A stretch of DNA of 64,000 nt from Candidatus Latescibacterota bacterium (GCA_965226795.1 CBDDDZ010000005.1:1312001-1376000), one strand, 5' to 3'; positions 39,226 through 50,232 are shown, counted from the stretch's first letter. The notes: generated by a model not told the origin, from the sequence alone. Translations and numbers: made by a program.

Positions 39226-40794
39226 GTGAAAGGCATGGTTACCGCGCCCCAGCCGTTGGCGGTAGACGCCGGCGTTAAGGTGCTGGCCGATGGAGGGAAT
39301 GCCGTTGACGCGGCCGTGGCGGCGGCATTTGTTCAGATGGTGACGACGCCGCGCAGCTGTGGAGTCGGCGGCTTCGGAATGATGTACATTCATACCCGGG
39401 AAACGGATACGATTCTGGATTTCCACGGGAAAGCCGGCGCACGGGTCCGATCCGATATGTGGGAGCATGACATCATCAGCGAGAACGCCTCGGGGTATGG
39501 ATACACGCTCAGGGGGCAGGTCAACGAACTCGGCTATGGCGCGGTTACGACACCCGGTACGGTGGCCGGCCTTTACAGAGCCCAGACGGATTTCGGGACC
39601 TTGCCGTGGCGGGAGGCTCTCCAACCGGGCATCGCGGTTGCAACGGACGGATTCGAGGTGACCCGCGCGGGGGCGGCGTCGTGGAAACGGATACCGACTC
39701 CCGAGTCGACTCCGTGGCAAACAGTGGCGACGTCGCCCTACGAGGGCGGGGGTGAGTTGATCGCCAACCCGGAAATGGCCAGGACATTCTCAATTCTGGC
39801 CGAAGGCGGCGCCGAAGTTTTCTATCGCGGGGATGTGGCCACGGCAATCGCCGAGGATATGGAAAAGGGCGGCGGATTCGTGACGCTGGAAGATCTTGAA
39901 CGTTACAAGGTTACGGTTACCCGGCCACTGCATTCACGGTATCGGGAATATACCGTCGCCTCCAATCAGCCTCCCGGAGGGGGGCTGACCATTCTGCAGA
40001 TGCTCAAGATCCTTGAGGGTTACAACCTGGCGGATATGGAATACCTGTCGCCGGAGTATGTGTACACTGTATCGATGGCGATGAAGGCCGCCTGGACGGA
40101 CCGGGCGAATCTGATTGGGGACCCCGCATTCGTGGACGTGCCGGTTGACGACTTGCTGTGCGAGAAACGCGCGGCGGCGTGGCGGCGGCGCATCGACGCC
40201 CGGGAGAAAATCACTATCCCTCGATGGCATCCGCCGGAGCCTCCGTGTACCACGCATATCTCCGTTGTGGACAAATGGCGCAACGTTGTGGGCCTGACGC
40301 ACTCGCTGGGTTCGGGTTCAGATGTGATTACCCCGGGATTGGGGTTCATGTACAATAACTGTATGAATTGTTTCAACCCCGTGCCCGGGCAGGTGAGTTC
40401 CATCGAACCGGGCAAATCAAGAACAACGGGAATGGCGCCGACACTGGTGAAAATGGGTGACGACCCCTTCTTCAGTGTGGGCGCGCCCGGGGGTACACGG
40501 ATTGTGACCGGGATTCTCCACGCAATTCTGAACGTGATCGACCAGAGAATGACGGCGACCGAGGCCATCGCGGCCCCCCGGTTTGATTGCCAGAGTGACG
40601 TGATTGTCGCCCACTCCAGAATTGCTCCTTCCGTATGTGAAGGCGTGCGAGCGATGGGCCACGGAATTCATTCCATGCTGGACGGCTACGGTGGTATTGC
40701 GTCGGTGCATGGTATCATTCTCGATCCGTCAACGGGAGCCCTCGACGGCGGGGCGGATCCCGGTTCACCGGGAATGGCGATGGCGGCAATTTGA
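39226..40794 (+). CDS. ggt: Gamma-glutamyltransferase-family protein
   Basis: GGNAVDAAVA, GVGGFG, catalytic TTHISVVD and GAPGGTRI motifs. Confidence 0.9.
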   Translation: MKGMVTAPQPLAVDAGVKVLADGGNAVDAAVAAAFVQMVTTPRSCGVGGFGMMYIHTRETDTILDFHGKAGARVRSDMWEHDIISENASGYGYTLRGQVNELGYGAVTTPGTVAGLYRAQTDFGTLPWREALQPGIAVATDGFEVTRAGAASWKRIPTPESTPWQTVATSPYEGGGELIANPEMARTFSILAEGGAEVFYRGDVATAIAEDMEKGGGFVTLEDLERYKVTVTRPLHSRYREYTVASNQPPGGGLTILQMLKILEGYNLADMEYLSPEYVYTVSMAMKAAWTDRANLIGDPAFVDVPVDDLLCEKRAAAWRRRIDAREKITIPRWHPPEPPCTTHISVVDKWRNVVGLTHSLGSGSDVITPGLGFMYNNCMNCFNPVPGQVSSIEPGKSRTTGMAPTLVKMGDDPFFSVGAPGGTRIVTGILHAILNVIDQRMTATEAIAAPRFDCQSDVIVAHSRIAPSVCEGVRAMGHGIHSMLDGYGGIASVHGIILDPSTGALDGGADPGSPGMAMAAI

Positions 40795-40936
40795 GAATGA
40801 GACGTAAATCACACCGGCCGTTGCCATATTTACCACCCTCGCCGCGGTGCGGGGCTGGGGTCATCATTCTTCCTCAGGTCAAGCGAGAAGGTGGTTCATC
40901 GTCACATGAGCAGTGAAAACAGAGAGAGGAAACGTA

Positions 40937-42136
40937 ATGTTCGAAGCGTTGGAGATGGCGCCCGCAGATCCGATTCTGGGATTGACCGCGGTATATAGTG
41001 CAGATACCAATCCCAACCGGATCAATCTCGGCGTTGGTGTCTATAAAGACGATGACGGCAACACGCCCGTTTTCCGTGCGGTGCAAAATGGGGAAGCACG
41101 GATTCTCGAACGGCAGACCACAAAGAACTATCTGCCGATTTCGGGCGGCCCGGAATATGCCGCCGCAGTACAGGCCCTGTTGTTCGGCCCAGGTCATGAA
41201 ATCGTTACAGGAAAACGGGCGGCAACCGTACATGCGCCGGGCGGGACAGGGGGATTGCGGGTTGCCGGCGATTTCATTCACAAGCTGTTTCCGGACGCCA
41301 GGATCTGGCTGAGCGATCCGACCTGGGCGAATCATCCCAATGTTTACAGACACGCAGGGGTCGCCATCGAGACGTATCCTTATTTCGAAAAGGATACAAA
41401 CGATCTGGATTTCCCCGCCATGCTCAATGCCCTGAGCGCGGTTCCGGAGGGAGATGTCGTACTGTTGCACGGCTGTTGTCACAACCCGACGGGTATCGAT
41501 CCCGCGCCCGAACAGTGGACGCAGATCGCGGATGTGGCCGGCGCTCGCGGTTGGATCCCGCTTGTCGACCTCGCCTACCAGGGGCTGGGGCATGGGCTCG
41601 AGCAGGATAGGCAGGGATTGAGGGCGCTGTGCCGGTCGGGCGCCGAGTTGATGGTGTCCAGTTCGTTTTCAAAGAACTTCGGACTCTATAACGAGCGGGT
41701 CGGCGCGTTGACCCTCGTGGCGTCGTCTCCTGAGGCGGCAAGGGCGTTGATGAGCCAGGTGATGATCTGCATCCGGGCCAACTATTCGAATCCGCCGGCC
41801 CATGGCGCGGCCATCGTCACGGAGGTGCTGAACGATTCCGGTCTTCGCAGCCAATGGGAGGGCGAGGTGAAGGAGATGCGGAACCGGATCAACCGCATGC
41901 GGGCTTTATTTGTGGATACCCTGGAACGGAAGGGTGTTCGTCGCGATTTCTCCTTCATCGCCCGGCAGCGGGGAATGTTCTCGTTCTCGGGCTTGAATAG
42001 CGAACAGGTGGATGCCCTTCGAGAGGAATATTCAATCTACATGGTGGGTTCGGGGCGGATTAACGTGGCGGGCATCACGGCTGCGAACGTGGACTATCTC
42101 TGTGAATCGATTGCCGTGGTGTTGCGGGCAGCGTAA
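40937..42136 (+). CDS. Aspartate/aromatic amino acid aminotransferase (AspC/TyrB type)
   Basis: APADPILGL, INLGVGVYKD, HGCCHNPTG, SSFSKNFGLYNERVG and GRINVAG motifs. Confidence 0.93.
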   Translation: MFEALEMAPADPILGLTAVYSADTNPNRINLGVGVYKDDDGNTPVFRAVQNGEARILERQTTKNYLPISGGPEYAAAVQALLFGPGHEIVTGKRAATVHAPGGTGGLRVAGDFIHKLFPDARIWLSDPTWANHPNVYRHAGVAIETYPYFEKDTNDLDFPAMLNALSAVPEGDVVLLHGCCHNPTGIDPAPEQWTQIADVAGARGWIPLVDLAYQGLGHGLEQDRQGLRALCRSGAELMVSSSFSKNFGLYNERVGALTLVASSPEAARALMSQVMICIRANYSNPPAHGAAIVTEVLNDSGLRSQWEGEVKEMRNRINRMRALFVDTLERKGVRRDFSFIARQRGMFSFSGLNSEQVDALREEYSIYMVGSGRINVAGITAANVDYLCESIAVVLRAA

Positions 42137-42225
42137 CGCCACGGTATCGACGAATGTGACGCGTGCCATTTTTCCGCCGATCCTATCGAGGCGGGAGCAG
42201 CCACGAAAGCGCGGGTGAGTAACCG

Positions 42226-43728
42226 ATGGACGATTCGTTGTTCTGGGGAGACCTGCATACGCATTGTGCGATCAGCTATGGTTACGGCAGTCTGGACCGG
42301 GCCTTCAGACTGGGGCGCGAGCATCTGGATTTCTGTTCGGTGGTGGGGCATGCAACGTGGCACGACATGCCGGTCGATCGGGATCGTCACGGATTCATCA
42401 TCGACTACCATAGAGAGGGATTCGCCACGCTGAAGCGAAACTGGAAGCACGTGCAGGAAACGGTGAATCGGTATAATCAGCCGGGGCGGTTCGTCACGTT
42501 TCTGGGTTATGAGTGGCACTCGTGCGCTTACGGTGACCACAACGTGTACTATCTGGAGGATTGCGGCGGAATTGTCGAGCGCGATAGCCTGGAGGAACTG
42601 GACGAAGCGCTTAAGGGGCAGGAAGTTATGATTCATCCCCATCATATCGGTTATGGCAAGGGATACCGGGGGATAAACTGGTCCCATTTTGACGCTCGGC
42701 GGTCACCGGCCGTCGAGATTCTGTCCGGCCATGGGGGGTCGGAGCGGGACGGCGGGCCATACCCGATGTACCATACAATGGGCCCCAGGCAATATCGGGG
42801 GACGCTGGCATACGGGCTGGAACTCGGTCACCGGTTCGGATTTCTGGGAGGCACGGACCATCACGGGGGATATCCCGGTCATTACGGAGAGGGAAGAACC
42901 GGCGTCTACGCGCCGGAACTCACGCGCCGGGCGATATGGGACGCGATCCGCGCCAGGCGCTGTTATGCGGTAACGGGGGATCGCATCGCGTTGCGATTTT
43001 CCATTAACGATGCGGTGATGGGGGAGGAGACGACCGTTTCGGGCGCCCGTGAAATCAGGGTAGCCGTTAGTGGAGCCGACGCACTGGATCGGATCGAGGT
43101 GGTGAAGAACAACCGGCCGCTGAAACGGGTTTTCGGGCCCGCGCCCGCGGGGGCGCTGCCCGACCCGGTCCGGGCGAAGGTCCGCGTGGAATGGGGCTGG
43201 GGCGATAAAGAGGAGTGGGTGCGGTGGGATGCGAGGGTTCGGCTTTCCCATGGACGGCTGGTTTCCGTGGAGCCATGTTTCACCGGCGACCCCGTGCTTG
43301 CGCCCTCGGCGGACGGTGCGGTTACGGCAACCGGTGAGGAGCCGATTCACGGCATTGTGGCGCAGGATGAACGGCACGTGGCCTGGTTTTCCCATACCCG
43401 CGGCAATGCGCATCCGTACTTGCGGGGGACCAACGCGTTGATCCTGGAACTGGCTGCGCCTCACTCCGCCTCACTGGAATTCAGTCTCAACGGCAAAACC
43501 TATCGCTATCTGCTGTCGGATCTCTTCACCGGTTCCCGGAGCGAGTTCATCCGGGGATGGCGGTCGGAGGCGATGCTCGTGCACCGGGCAGTACCCGAGG
43601 CCCAACTGCAGGCCGCGCTGGTGTTTGTAGACGACGAGCCGGAGCGCGAGACCGATTTCTATTACGTCCGCGTGGCGCAGGAGAACAACCAGTGGGCCTG
43701 GGCCAGCCCCATCTGGGTGTCGAGTTGA
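42226..43728 (+). CDS. PHP-like metallohydrolase (DUF3604/CehA-McbA-like)
   Basis: WGDLHTH, GYEWH, HPHH, GGTDHH, RRCYAVTG and AWASPIW motifs. Confidence 0.78.
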   Translation: MDDSLFWGDLHTHCAISYGYGSLDRAFRLGREHLDFCSVVGHATWHDMPVDRDRHGFIIDYHREGFATLKRNWKHVQETVNRYNQPGRFVTFLGYEWHSCAYGDHNVYYLEDCGGIVERDSLEELDEALKGQEVMIHPHHIGYGKGYRGINWSHFDARRSPAVEILSGHGGSERDGGPYPMYHTMGPRQYRGTLAYGLELGHRFGFLGGTDHHGGYPGHYGEGRTGVYAPELTRRAIWDAIRARRCYAVTGDRIALRFSINDAVMGEETTVSGAREIRVAVSGADALDRIEVVKNNRPLKRVFGPAPAGALPDPVRAKVRVEWGWGDKEEWVRWDARVRLSHGRLVSVEPCFTGDPVLAPSADGAVTATGEEPIHGIVAQDERHVAWFSHTRGNAHPYLRGTNALILELAAPHSASLEFSLNGKTYRYLLSDLFTGSRSEFIRGWRSEAMLVHRAVPEAQLQAALVFVDDEPERETDFYYVRVAQENNQWAWASPIWVSS

Positions 43729-43847
43729 ACGACCCCAAGAACGTCGAAATGCGATTGTGGATTATTGGCAAGGAAGGTTGCACCGGAGTCCGATTGTGTG
43801 TATCCCTTCGCGCCTTAAGGTTGTATCGTTAGAAATGGAGGTCCTTC

Positions 43848-44621
43848 ATGGTGTTGAAAGACCGGGTGGCCATCGTGACGGGCGGAAGTTCGGGAATCGG
43901 CCGGGGCGTCGTCCTGGAATTCGCGGGAGAGGGGGCGACGGTGGTGGTGGCCGATGTCCGGGAGGCGCCGAAGCAGGGTAAATATCACGAGCAGGAGGTC
44001 CTGACGCCCACCCTGGAGGAGGTGCGTGGGCTGGGTGGTGAAGGGCTGTTTATCGAAACCGACGTGGGCGACGCCGCCGCAGTTGAGGCGCTGGTGAATC
44101 GGACGGTGGACGCGTTCGGCGGACTGGATATTCTGGTGAATAACGCGGGGATACATATTCCGGGGGATAGCCAGACGCTGACGCTGGAGGCGTGGGACAC
44201 GGTGATGGGCGTCAATATACGAGGCGTGTTCGTCGCGTCCAGAGCCGCGATCCCTCATCTGAAACGATCTCAGGCCGGGAGAATAATCAATATCGCGTCG
44301 GTGCATTCTTTCGGCGGCGGCGGCGGCCCAGCCTATGCGCCCGCCAAAGCCGGCGTGGTCAACCTCACTCGCGATCTGGCGATGGAAGTGGCTCCGGAAG
44401 GGGTTACGGTGAATGCCGTCTGCCCGGGATATATCGAAACCGCCATACAGGACTATTTAACCGAGGAACAGATCCGCGATGCGCTGGAAAGGACGCCGCT
44501 TCCCCGATTCGGATTGCCAAGGGATATCGGCCGGGCCTGTGTCTTCCTGGCGTCCTCCGACGCGGAGTGGATCACTGGGGTGGCGTTGCCGGTCGATGGC
44601 GGCTGGCTCGCTCCCGTTTGA
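43848..44621 (+). CDS. SDR-family oxidoreductase
   Basis: TGGSSGIG, NNAG, YAPAK and PVDGG motifs. Confidence 0.92.
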   Translation: MVLKDRVAIVTGGSSGIGRGVVLEFAGEGATVVVADVREAPKQGKYHEQEVLTPTLEEVRGLGGEGLFIETDVGDAAAVEALVNRTVDAFGGLDILVNNAGIHIPGDSQTLTLEAWDTVMGVNIRGVFVASRAAIPHLKRSQAGRIINIASVHSFGGGGGPAYAPAKAGVVNLTRDLAMEVAPEGVTVNAVCPGYIETAIQDYLTEEQIRDALERTPLPRFGLPRDIGRACVFLASSDAEWITGVALPVDGGWLAPV

Positions 44622-44687
44622 GGGAATTCGGATGCGATCCGTCCCCGGCGTCGCATCGCGTCCGAACACGACCCGATTTTTAGGAAA

Positions 44688-45758
44688 ATGATCGAGACCC
44701 GAGCCGTCCGCGAAGACGAAATTGAGGAGACGCTGGCGCTCCAGCGGCTGGTATTCCGGCCGGACGAGGGCGTGGGGGCGCTCGAACGTTACCGGACGTA
44801 CGTGCGGGACGATCCGAGCTACCGGCTGGATCAGTCTCGGGTTCTCCTGGAAGACGGGCGAATCGTGGCGCATTTGCGGGTATGGGATCGGGCAATTCGC
44901 GTGCGCGGGGCTGTGATTCGTGCCGGCGGTATCGGCAGCGTGCTGACCCACCCGGAATACCGGGGCAGGGGATTTTCGGGTGCGCTGATGCGGAATACTG
45001 AAGCGTATATGCTGAACGCCGGATACGACGTCGGACTCCTCTTCACGATTATCGGGACACCGTTCTACGAAGCGTTGGGTTGGACGCCGATACCGCTGCC
45101 GACGTTTGCCATCGACCTGGAATCTGAGCCCACTGACCGCCTCCCAACTCATGTCAGGGCTCTGGATGTTGTACGCGACCTGGATGCCGTGATGGCGATT
45201 TACGAGCAATGTTCAAGTCGCTTGACCGGTCCTGAAATGAGACCAGGGGATTACTGGTCGGCCGGCCCGTCGCGAATACGGGGTGTTTTCCCTAAGTGGG
45301 GCGTTGAGCAGGATGCGGATCTGTGCGGTTATGTGACCTTCGACGCAACCGGGGATCGGATCTGGGTGAAAGAAGGTTGCGTTGCGCCGTCGCATGAAGA
45401 AGTATTCGACGACCTGGCACGATTGATCTGCCGGTGCGCCAGCCGGAACGGATTGACGCGGGTGGAGGGCAGTCTTCCTGTGGGCCACGGGTTGGTGCGC
45501 GCGCTCGAAAAGGTCTGCGGTTCCATTGCAACATGGAACAGCCACGATGAAATGATGTTGAAGGGGATCAACTGGCGCACAATCAAGGAAAAGCTGAAAG
45601 GAGACCCGCCGCCCGGGGCAGCGCCGGCGGCCGAGGGAGCGTTCTGGCGCGCGTTATTCGGGCAGGACGGGGTCGGTTTGGATGAATCGATGTCGGGATG
45701 GATGGAATCTTTGCCGAAGTGCGAAGGACCGTTCTACTGGTGGAGCGATATCTTTTAG
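44688..45758 (+). CDS. GNAT-family N-acetyltransferase (Eis-like, double GNAT)
   Basis: GGIGSVLTHPEYRGRG and FYEALGW motifs. Confidence 0.82.
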   Translation: MIETRAVREDEIEETLALQRLVFRPDEGVGALERYRTYVRDDPSYRLDQSRVLLEDGRIVAHLRVWDRAIRVRGAVIRAGGIGSVLTHPEYRGRGFSGALMRNTEAYMLNAGYDVGLLFTIIGTPFYEALGWTPIPLPTFAIDLESEPTDRLPTHVRALDVVRDLDAVMAIYEQCSSRLTGPEMRPGDYWSAGPSRIRGVFPKWGVEQDADLCGYVTFDATGDRIWVKEGCVAPSHEEVFDDLARLICRCASRNGLTRVEGSLPVGHGLVRALEKVCGSIATWNSHDEMMLKGINWRTIKEKLKGDPPPGAAPAAEGAFWRALFGQDGVGLDESMSGWMESLPKCEGPFYWWSDIF

Positions 45759-45761
45759 TGT

Positions 45762-47609
45762 TCAGTCGAGGAGCCGCGCTTCGGCCTCGTCCACCATACC
45801 CTTCAGAATCCGTGCTGCAAGCCGGTCGATTTCGGTTTTCGTCTCCTCCAGGTTGGATCCGCACAGGTGGGGATGGTCCACCGATGCGGCGGAGACGTAG
45901 TATTTGATTTTGGGTTCGGTTCCCGACGGTCGGGCGGTGACGCGAGTATGGCCGGCAGGGGTGAAGGTAAAGGCGATGACGTCGCCCTTCGCGGCATCGA
46001 TCGTTCGGGTGGCGCCCGTCCGGACGTTCAGTGCCTTCCCCGCCCTCCTGTCGATGATTTCCACGACGTCGCAGCCGCCGACCTGTCGGGGTGGATGAGT
46101 CCGCAGGGATTCCATAATGTGGACGATATCGCGGCTGCCCTGCGCCCCGGTTCTGGAAACGGACTCCTGGATCTCCCGGAAGTAACCATATTCAGCATAA
46201 ATGGCGTCCAGGTATTCTCGCAGCGTGCGACCGCGGGCTTTGAGTCCTGCGGCACATTCGCATAGGAGGACGGCGGCGACGGCAGCGTCCTTGTCTCGGG
46301 TGAACGACCCTGCCAGATAGCCATGGCTTTCTTCGGTTCCGAACAGGAATTCGGCGTCCGACGGAAGATCGGCGATGATCCTGCCGATGTATTTGAAGCC
46401 GACCAGCAGGTCTTCTATGACCCTGGCGTCGAAGGCGCGTGCGATGATGGAGACCAGGTCGGTTGTGACGATTGTTTTTGCCACAATACCACCCCCAGGC
46501 AGTTCCCGGCGGTTTTTTTTTGTCTGTAAGAGGTAATGGCACAGAACAACGCCAATCTGATTGCCGTTGAGTGCAAGATCCTCAAGGGGGGCGTTCCATC
46601 CGGTTCGGGAAACAGGAACGGCGCAACCGAGCCGGTCGGCGTCCGGGTCGCTCGCGATGACCAGATCGGCGTCGATCTCGGCGGCTTTTTGAATGGCCAG
46701 AGCGAGTGCGCGGGGATCTTCGGGGTTGGCGATGCCTTCGGGAACCGTGGGGAAGTTGCCGTCCGGTTGCGCCTGCGATGGGACAACGTGCAGGTCCCTG
46801 TAGCCAAGGATTTCCAGTACCGGCAATATCGACGTGGTACCCACGCCGTGCAGCGGCGTGTAGACGACTCGGACGTCGCGTTCGGGGCTGAGCGAGAGGT
46901 TGGCCAGCTCGCGTTGATAGCACGTGTCGACGGTGCGATCCAGTATTCCGATTAGCCCCTCTTCAACCGCCCGGTTGAAGTCGATCTTCCTGATTTCGAG
47001 AACCGAGTTGACTTCCGCTATGATGTTTCCGTCGTGAGGCGGTACGACCTGGCCGCCGTCGGACCAGTACACCTTTATGCCGTTGTCGCCAGGCGGGTTG
47101 TGGCTGGCGCTGATCACCACGCCGGCTACCGCATTGGTCAGCCGGACAGCAAAGGAAAGTTCGGGGGAGGACCGACAGTCTCCAAAGATACTGGCGTGGA
47201 TGCCGTTGCCTGCAAGAATAGCCGCAACCTCGTTGGCGAAGGCTTTCGAGTTGTTTCGGGTGTCGTACGCGATTACGGCGTCGCGTCGCGTAGCGTCGGA
47301 GCCGGATTTGAGGACGTATTGCGCAATACCCTGCGCGGCTTCGCCGACGGTTCGCAGGTTGATGCGGTTTGGTCCCGGTCCCATGGCGCCTCGAATACCG
47401 CCGGTGCCGAATTCGATCCGGACGCGAAAGGCGTCTTCGAGTTCGTGCAGGTCTTGAGCCTGCACCAGGTTTCTGATTTCCTCCGCCGAAGCAGCATAGC
47501 CGGGGTCGGTCAGCCAGAGTACGGCGTTCTTTTCGGCGGCTTCGGAAAGTTCGCCCTCAGCGACCCAGAACTCGATTTTATTTAATGTGTCCGACGGCGT
47601 TTTTTGCAC
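45762..47609 (-). CDS. Phospho-sugar mutase (phosphoglucomutase/phosphomannomutase)
   Basis: FGTGGIRG, SASHNP, DPDADR, GFKYI, EESHG and RPSGTEPK motifs. Confidence 0.93.
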   Translation of the reverse strand: MQKTPSDTLNKIEFWVAEGELSEAAEKNAVLWLTDPGYAASAEEIRNLVQAQDLHELEDAFRVRIEFGTGGIRGAMGPGPNRINLRTVGEAAQGIAQYVLKSGSDATRRDAVIAYDTRNNSKAFANEVAAILAGNGIHASIFGDCRSSPELSFAVRLTNAVAGVVISASHNPPGDNGIKVYWSDGGQVVPPHDGNIIAEVNSVLEIRKIDFNRAVEEGLIGILDRTVDTCYQRELANLSLSPERDVRVVYTPLHGVGTTSILPVLEILGYRDLHVVPSQAQPDGNFPTVPEGIANPEDPRALALAIQKAAEIDADLVIASDPDADRLGCAVPVSRTGWNAPLEDLALNGNQIGVVLCHYLLQTKKNRRELPGGGIVAKTIVTTDLVSIIARAFDARVIEDLLVGFKYIGRIIADLPSDAEFLFGTEESHGYLAGSFTRDKDAAVAAVLLCECAAGLKARGRTLREYLDAIYAEYGYFREIQESVSRTGAQGSRDIVHIMESLRTHPPRQVGGCDVVEIIDRRAGKALNVRTGATRTIDAAKGDVIAFTFTPAGHTRVTARPSGTEPKIKYYVSAASVDHPHLCGSNLEETKTEIDRLAARILKGMVDEAEARLLD

Positions 47610-47798
47610 AGGAGTGCTCCTGTTGAATACACGCCAATTCCGTTGTGGGCAGAAAGTCGTATGCCTCGTGGGCGCCTGCCGGAATCGCGCCTTTTAATAT
47701 ATCTCATGAGACCCCGCGATCAACAGATAAATCGCTTGACTTTCGTAAGGCATTGTGCATATTGTCCGTAAGTGAAACAGTTATAAGGAGTTGGTCAC

Positions 47799-48497
47799 AT
47801 GACTATACTCTTTTTCCTCCTGTTTGCGGTCTTGCTGATTGTTCTGCCACCGGTCCGTCTGTCGGCGCATGGCCATTGCGGCGAAGGGCGGGAACCGGCG
47901 CTGGAAATACGTTTAAGGCCGTGGATCGGGCTGGCGGGTATCCGGCTTTTCCACGCTGACGGCGGTTGGCGTGTAGGCGTTCTTTTGGGGTGGTGGACAG
48001 TGTGGGCAACGGCGTTGACGAGGGGCGAGGATCGGAAGGAACAACGGGGCGCCAGGAAAAGTGTCAAGAAGAAAACGGATTTACCGGACGGGTTCCGGAC
48101 AGCGGTCGAACGGTTGGAGCGCGCCGGGCTCTATTTCAAGAGACTGTGGTTGCCTCTGCGACGGTCTGCGTCGCAATTTTATAACGGGTTCCGTCTACGC
48201 CGCATTTCATGCAAGGTCGCTTTCGGCGCATCCGATCCGGCCACGACCGGGCAGATCTTCGGATACTTCGTGGCGGCCTCGTCATTAATAGGGACAGGAG
48301 GACGCGTTGAGGCGACGCCCGATTTCAAGCGGCAGCGCCTGGATGGCGAAGCCAAGGTGGAAATCTGGATTTATCCACACCGGCTATTGTGCGCGTCTGT
48401 GTACATTGCGTGGCGCGTTGGGCTTGCATGGTTTTCCGAGCGACGCAACCGGAAACGCCTGCGGGAGGGCGTCTTTCGGGCTGGCACAACGAGTTGA
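47799..48497 (+). CDS. DUF2953 (YtfI-like) membrane-anchored protein
   Basis: N-terminal TM segment and FGASDPATTGQIFG...TPDF motif. Adjacent to ytfJ. Confidence 0.72.
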   Translation: MTILFFLLFAVLLIVLPPVRLSAHGHCGEGREPALEIRLRPWIGLAGIRLFHADGGWRVGVLLGWWTVWATALTRGEDRKEQRGARKSVKKKTDLPDGFRTAVERLERAGLYFKRLWLPLRRSASQFYNGFRLRRISCKVAFGASDPATTGQIFGYFVAASSLIGTGGRVEATPDFKRQRLDGEAKVEIWIYPHRLLCASVYIAWRVGLAWFSERRNRKRLREGVFRAGTTS

Positions 48498-48517
48498 GCG
48501 GGGTTTGAGGAGGCGTT

Positions 48518-48919
48518 ATGTCTGTTGAAGATCTCATCAAGACGGTGATGACGGAATTCCGTCAAATGGTAAAGACGGAGACCGTTGTGGGCGAACCGAT
48601 CGAGATAGGTGGGACGGTTGTCGTGCCGGTGTCCAGGATTTCCTTCGGGTTCGGCGCGGGCGGGGGCGCGGACAAGACGGATGGTGGCGGGAGCGGTACC
48701 GGGGGAGGAGCTTCTGTGGAACCGTTGGCATTTGTTGTGATTCGAGACGGGAAAACACAGATTCTCCCCGTACAGGAGAAAGAAGGATCCATTAAAGGGT
48801 TGTTGGATCTGGCACCGGACCTTCTGGCGAAGGTGAAAGCGTTCAAGGAGAAGAGAGACAGGAAGAGGGCCGAGGCGGAAGCCGAGCCAGGTTCCGGTGA
48901 TGACGACGTGAGCGCATAG
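48518..48919 (+). CDS. ytfJ: YtfJ/GerW-family protein
   Basis: TETVVGEPI...VPVSRISFGFGAGGG...GGGASVEPLAFVVI. Confidence 0.88.
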   Translation: MSVEDLIKTVMTEFRQMVKTETVVGEPIEIGGTVVVPVSRISFGFGAGGGADKTDGGGSGTGGGASVEPLAFVVIRDGKTQILPVQEKEGSIKGLLDLAPDLLAKVKAFKEKRDRKRAEAEAEPGSGDDDVSA

Positions 48920-48931
48920 GCCGGGGCGGCC

Positions 48932-50161
48932 ATGAACCGGCTTCTGCTTCTAATTCCGACAACGACCTATCGCACTCACGACTTTATGGCAGCGGCGTCG
49001 ACGCTCGACGTATCCGTGGTCGTGGGATCCGACCGCCGCCAGGCGCTGGCGAGTCAGACACCGGGAAGTACACTGGCGCTGGATTTCACGGAGCCCGCAG
49101 CCTCGGTCGAGAAGATTGTCGGTTTTTCAAAGGCGTACCCCATCCAGTCGGTCGTGGGAGTGGACGATGAGACCGTCGTGCTCGCCGCGATGGCCTGCAT
49201 GGCACTCGGACTTCCGCACAATTCGGTGACGTCGGCCCGGGCGTCCCGGTACAAACACGTGATGCGTCAGATGCTTGCTGAAAAAGGCCTGCCCTCGCCG
49301 GGGTTCAGGCTTTTTTCAATTTCGGACGAACCGGAAACCGCCGCCGCGATGGTCGACTATCCGTGCGTACTGAAGCCCGTGTTTCTGTCCGCCAGCCGCG
49401 GTGTGATCCGGGCAAATGAAGAAGCGGATTTCGTGACCGCGTTCGACCGGATTCTGCGGTTGATTTCGGAATCTGCACGTGGCGCGCCCGAAGGTGGAGA
49501 TTGTATTCTGGTGGAGGACTACATTCCTGGCCGGGAGGTGGCGCTGGAGGGATTGCTGGTTGAGGGTGAGTTGCAGACGCTCGCCCTTTTCGACAAACCG
49601 GATCCGCTCCATGGCCCTTATTTTGCCGAGACGCTGTACATAACGCCCTCCCGGCTGTCGGAATGCCTGCAGGCGCAAGTCCGTGAGACTGCGCAGAAGG
49701 CCGCGCGCGCGCTGGGGTTAAGCGTGGGGCCCGTACATGCCGAGCTCCGGCTGAACACGCGTGGCATCTACGTGGTGGAAATCGCCGCGCGGTCCATCGG
49801 CGGGCTGTGTTCGCGGGTATTGCGCTTTGGCGCCGGCATGTCGCTGGAGGAACTGATTCTGCGCCAGGCAACCGGTTACGCTCCCGGAAATTTTCGGAGG
49901 GAAAACACCGCGACTGGCGTAATGATGCTGCCGGTGTCGAAGCCGGGAATACTGCAATGCGTGCGGGGGATGGCACGCGCACGTCGCGTGCCTGGAATTA
50001 TTGACGTCGCGATAACCCTACCTACGGGTCAGCCCGTACAACCGCTGCCTGAGGGAGACCGGTATCTGGGGTTCATTTTCGCCCGCAATAAGACATCCGA
50101 GGCGGTGGAAGCTGCGCTTCGCGAGGCAAACCGACAACTCGGAGTTGTGATTGAGGGATGA
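48932..50161 (+). CDS. ATP-grasp domain protein (L-amino-acid ligase-like)
   Basis: YPCVLKP...SASRGV, LVEDYIPGREVALEG, GPVHAELR and EIAARSIGG motifs. Confidence 0.87.
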   Translation: MNRLLLLIPTTTYRTHDFMAAASTLDVSVVVGSDRRQALASQTPGSTLALDFTEPAASVEKIVGFSKAYPIQSVVGVDDETVVLAAMACMALGLPHNSVTSARASRYKHVMRQMLAEKGLPSPGFRLFSISDEPETAAAMVDYPCVLKPVFLSASRGVIRANEEADFVTAFDRILRLISESARGAPEGGDCILVEDYIPGREVALEGLLVEGELQTLALFDKPDPLHGPYFAETLYITPSRLSECLQAQVRETAQKAARALGLSVGPVHAELRLNTRGIYVVEIAARSIGGLCSRVLRFGAGMSLEELILRQATGYAPGNFRRENTATGVMMLPVSKPGILQCVRGMARARRVPGIIDVAITLPTGQPVQPLPEGDRYLGFIFARNKTSEAVEAALREANRQLGVVIEG

Positions 50162-50232
50162 GAAAGGGGCAATCAGTCCGGGGGGACCCTGGACGGTGTG
50201 TCCGGATCATTTTTTCTTCGAGGTTCTTTCGA

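Noticed and set aside
2934..50161. Sec readthrough in other TGA-ending genes (e.g. lyase, comA, ATP-grasp)
   Set aside because: The proteins appear complete at the TGA, with no Cys-equivalent context or convincing downstream coding extension.
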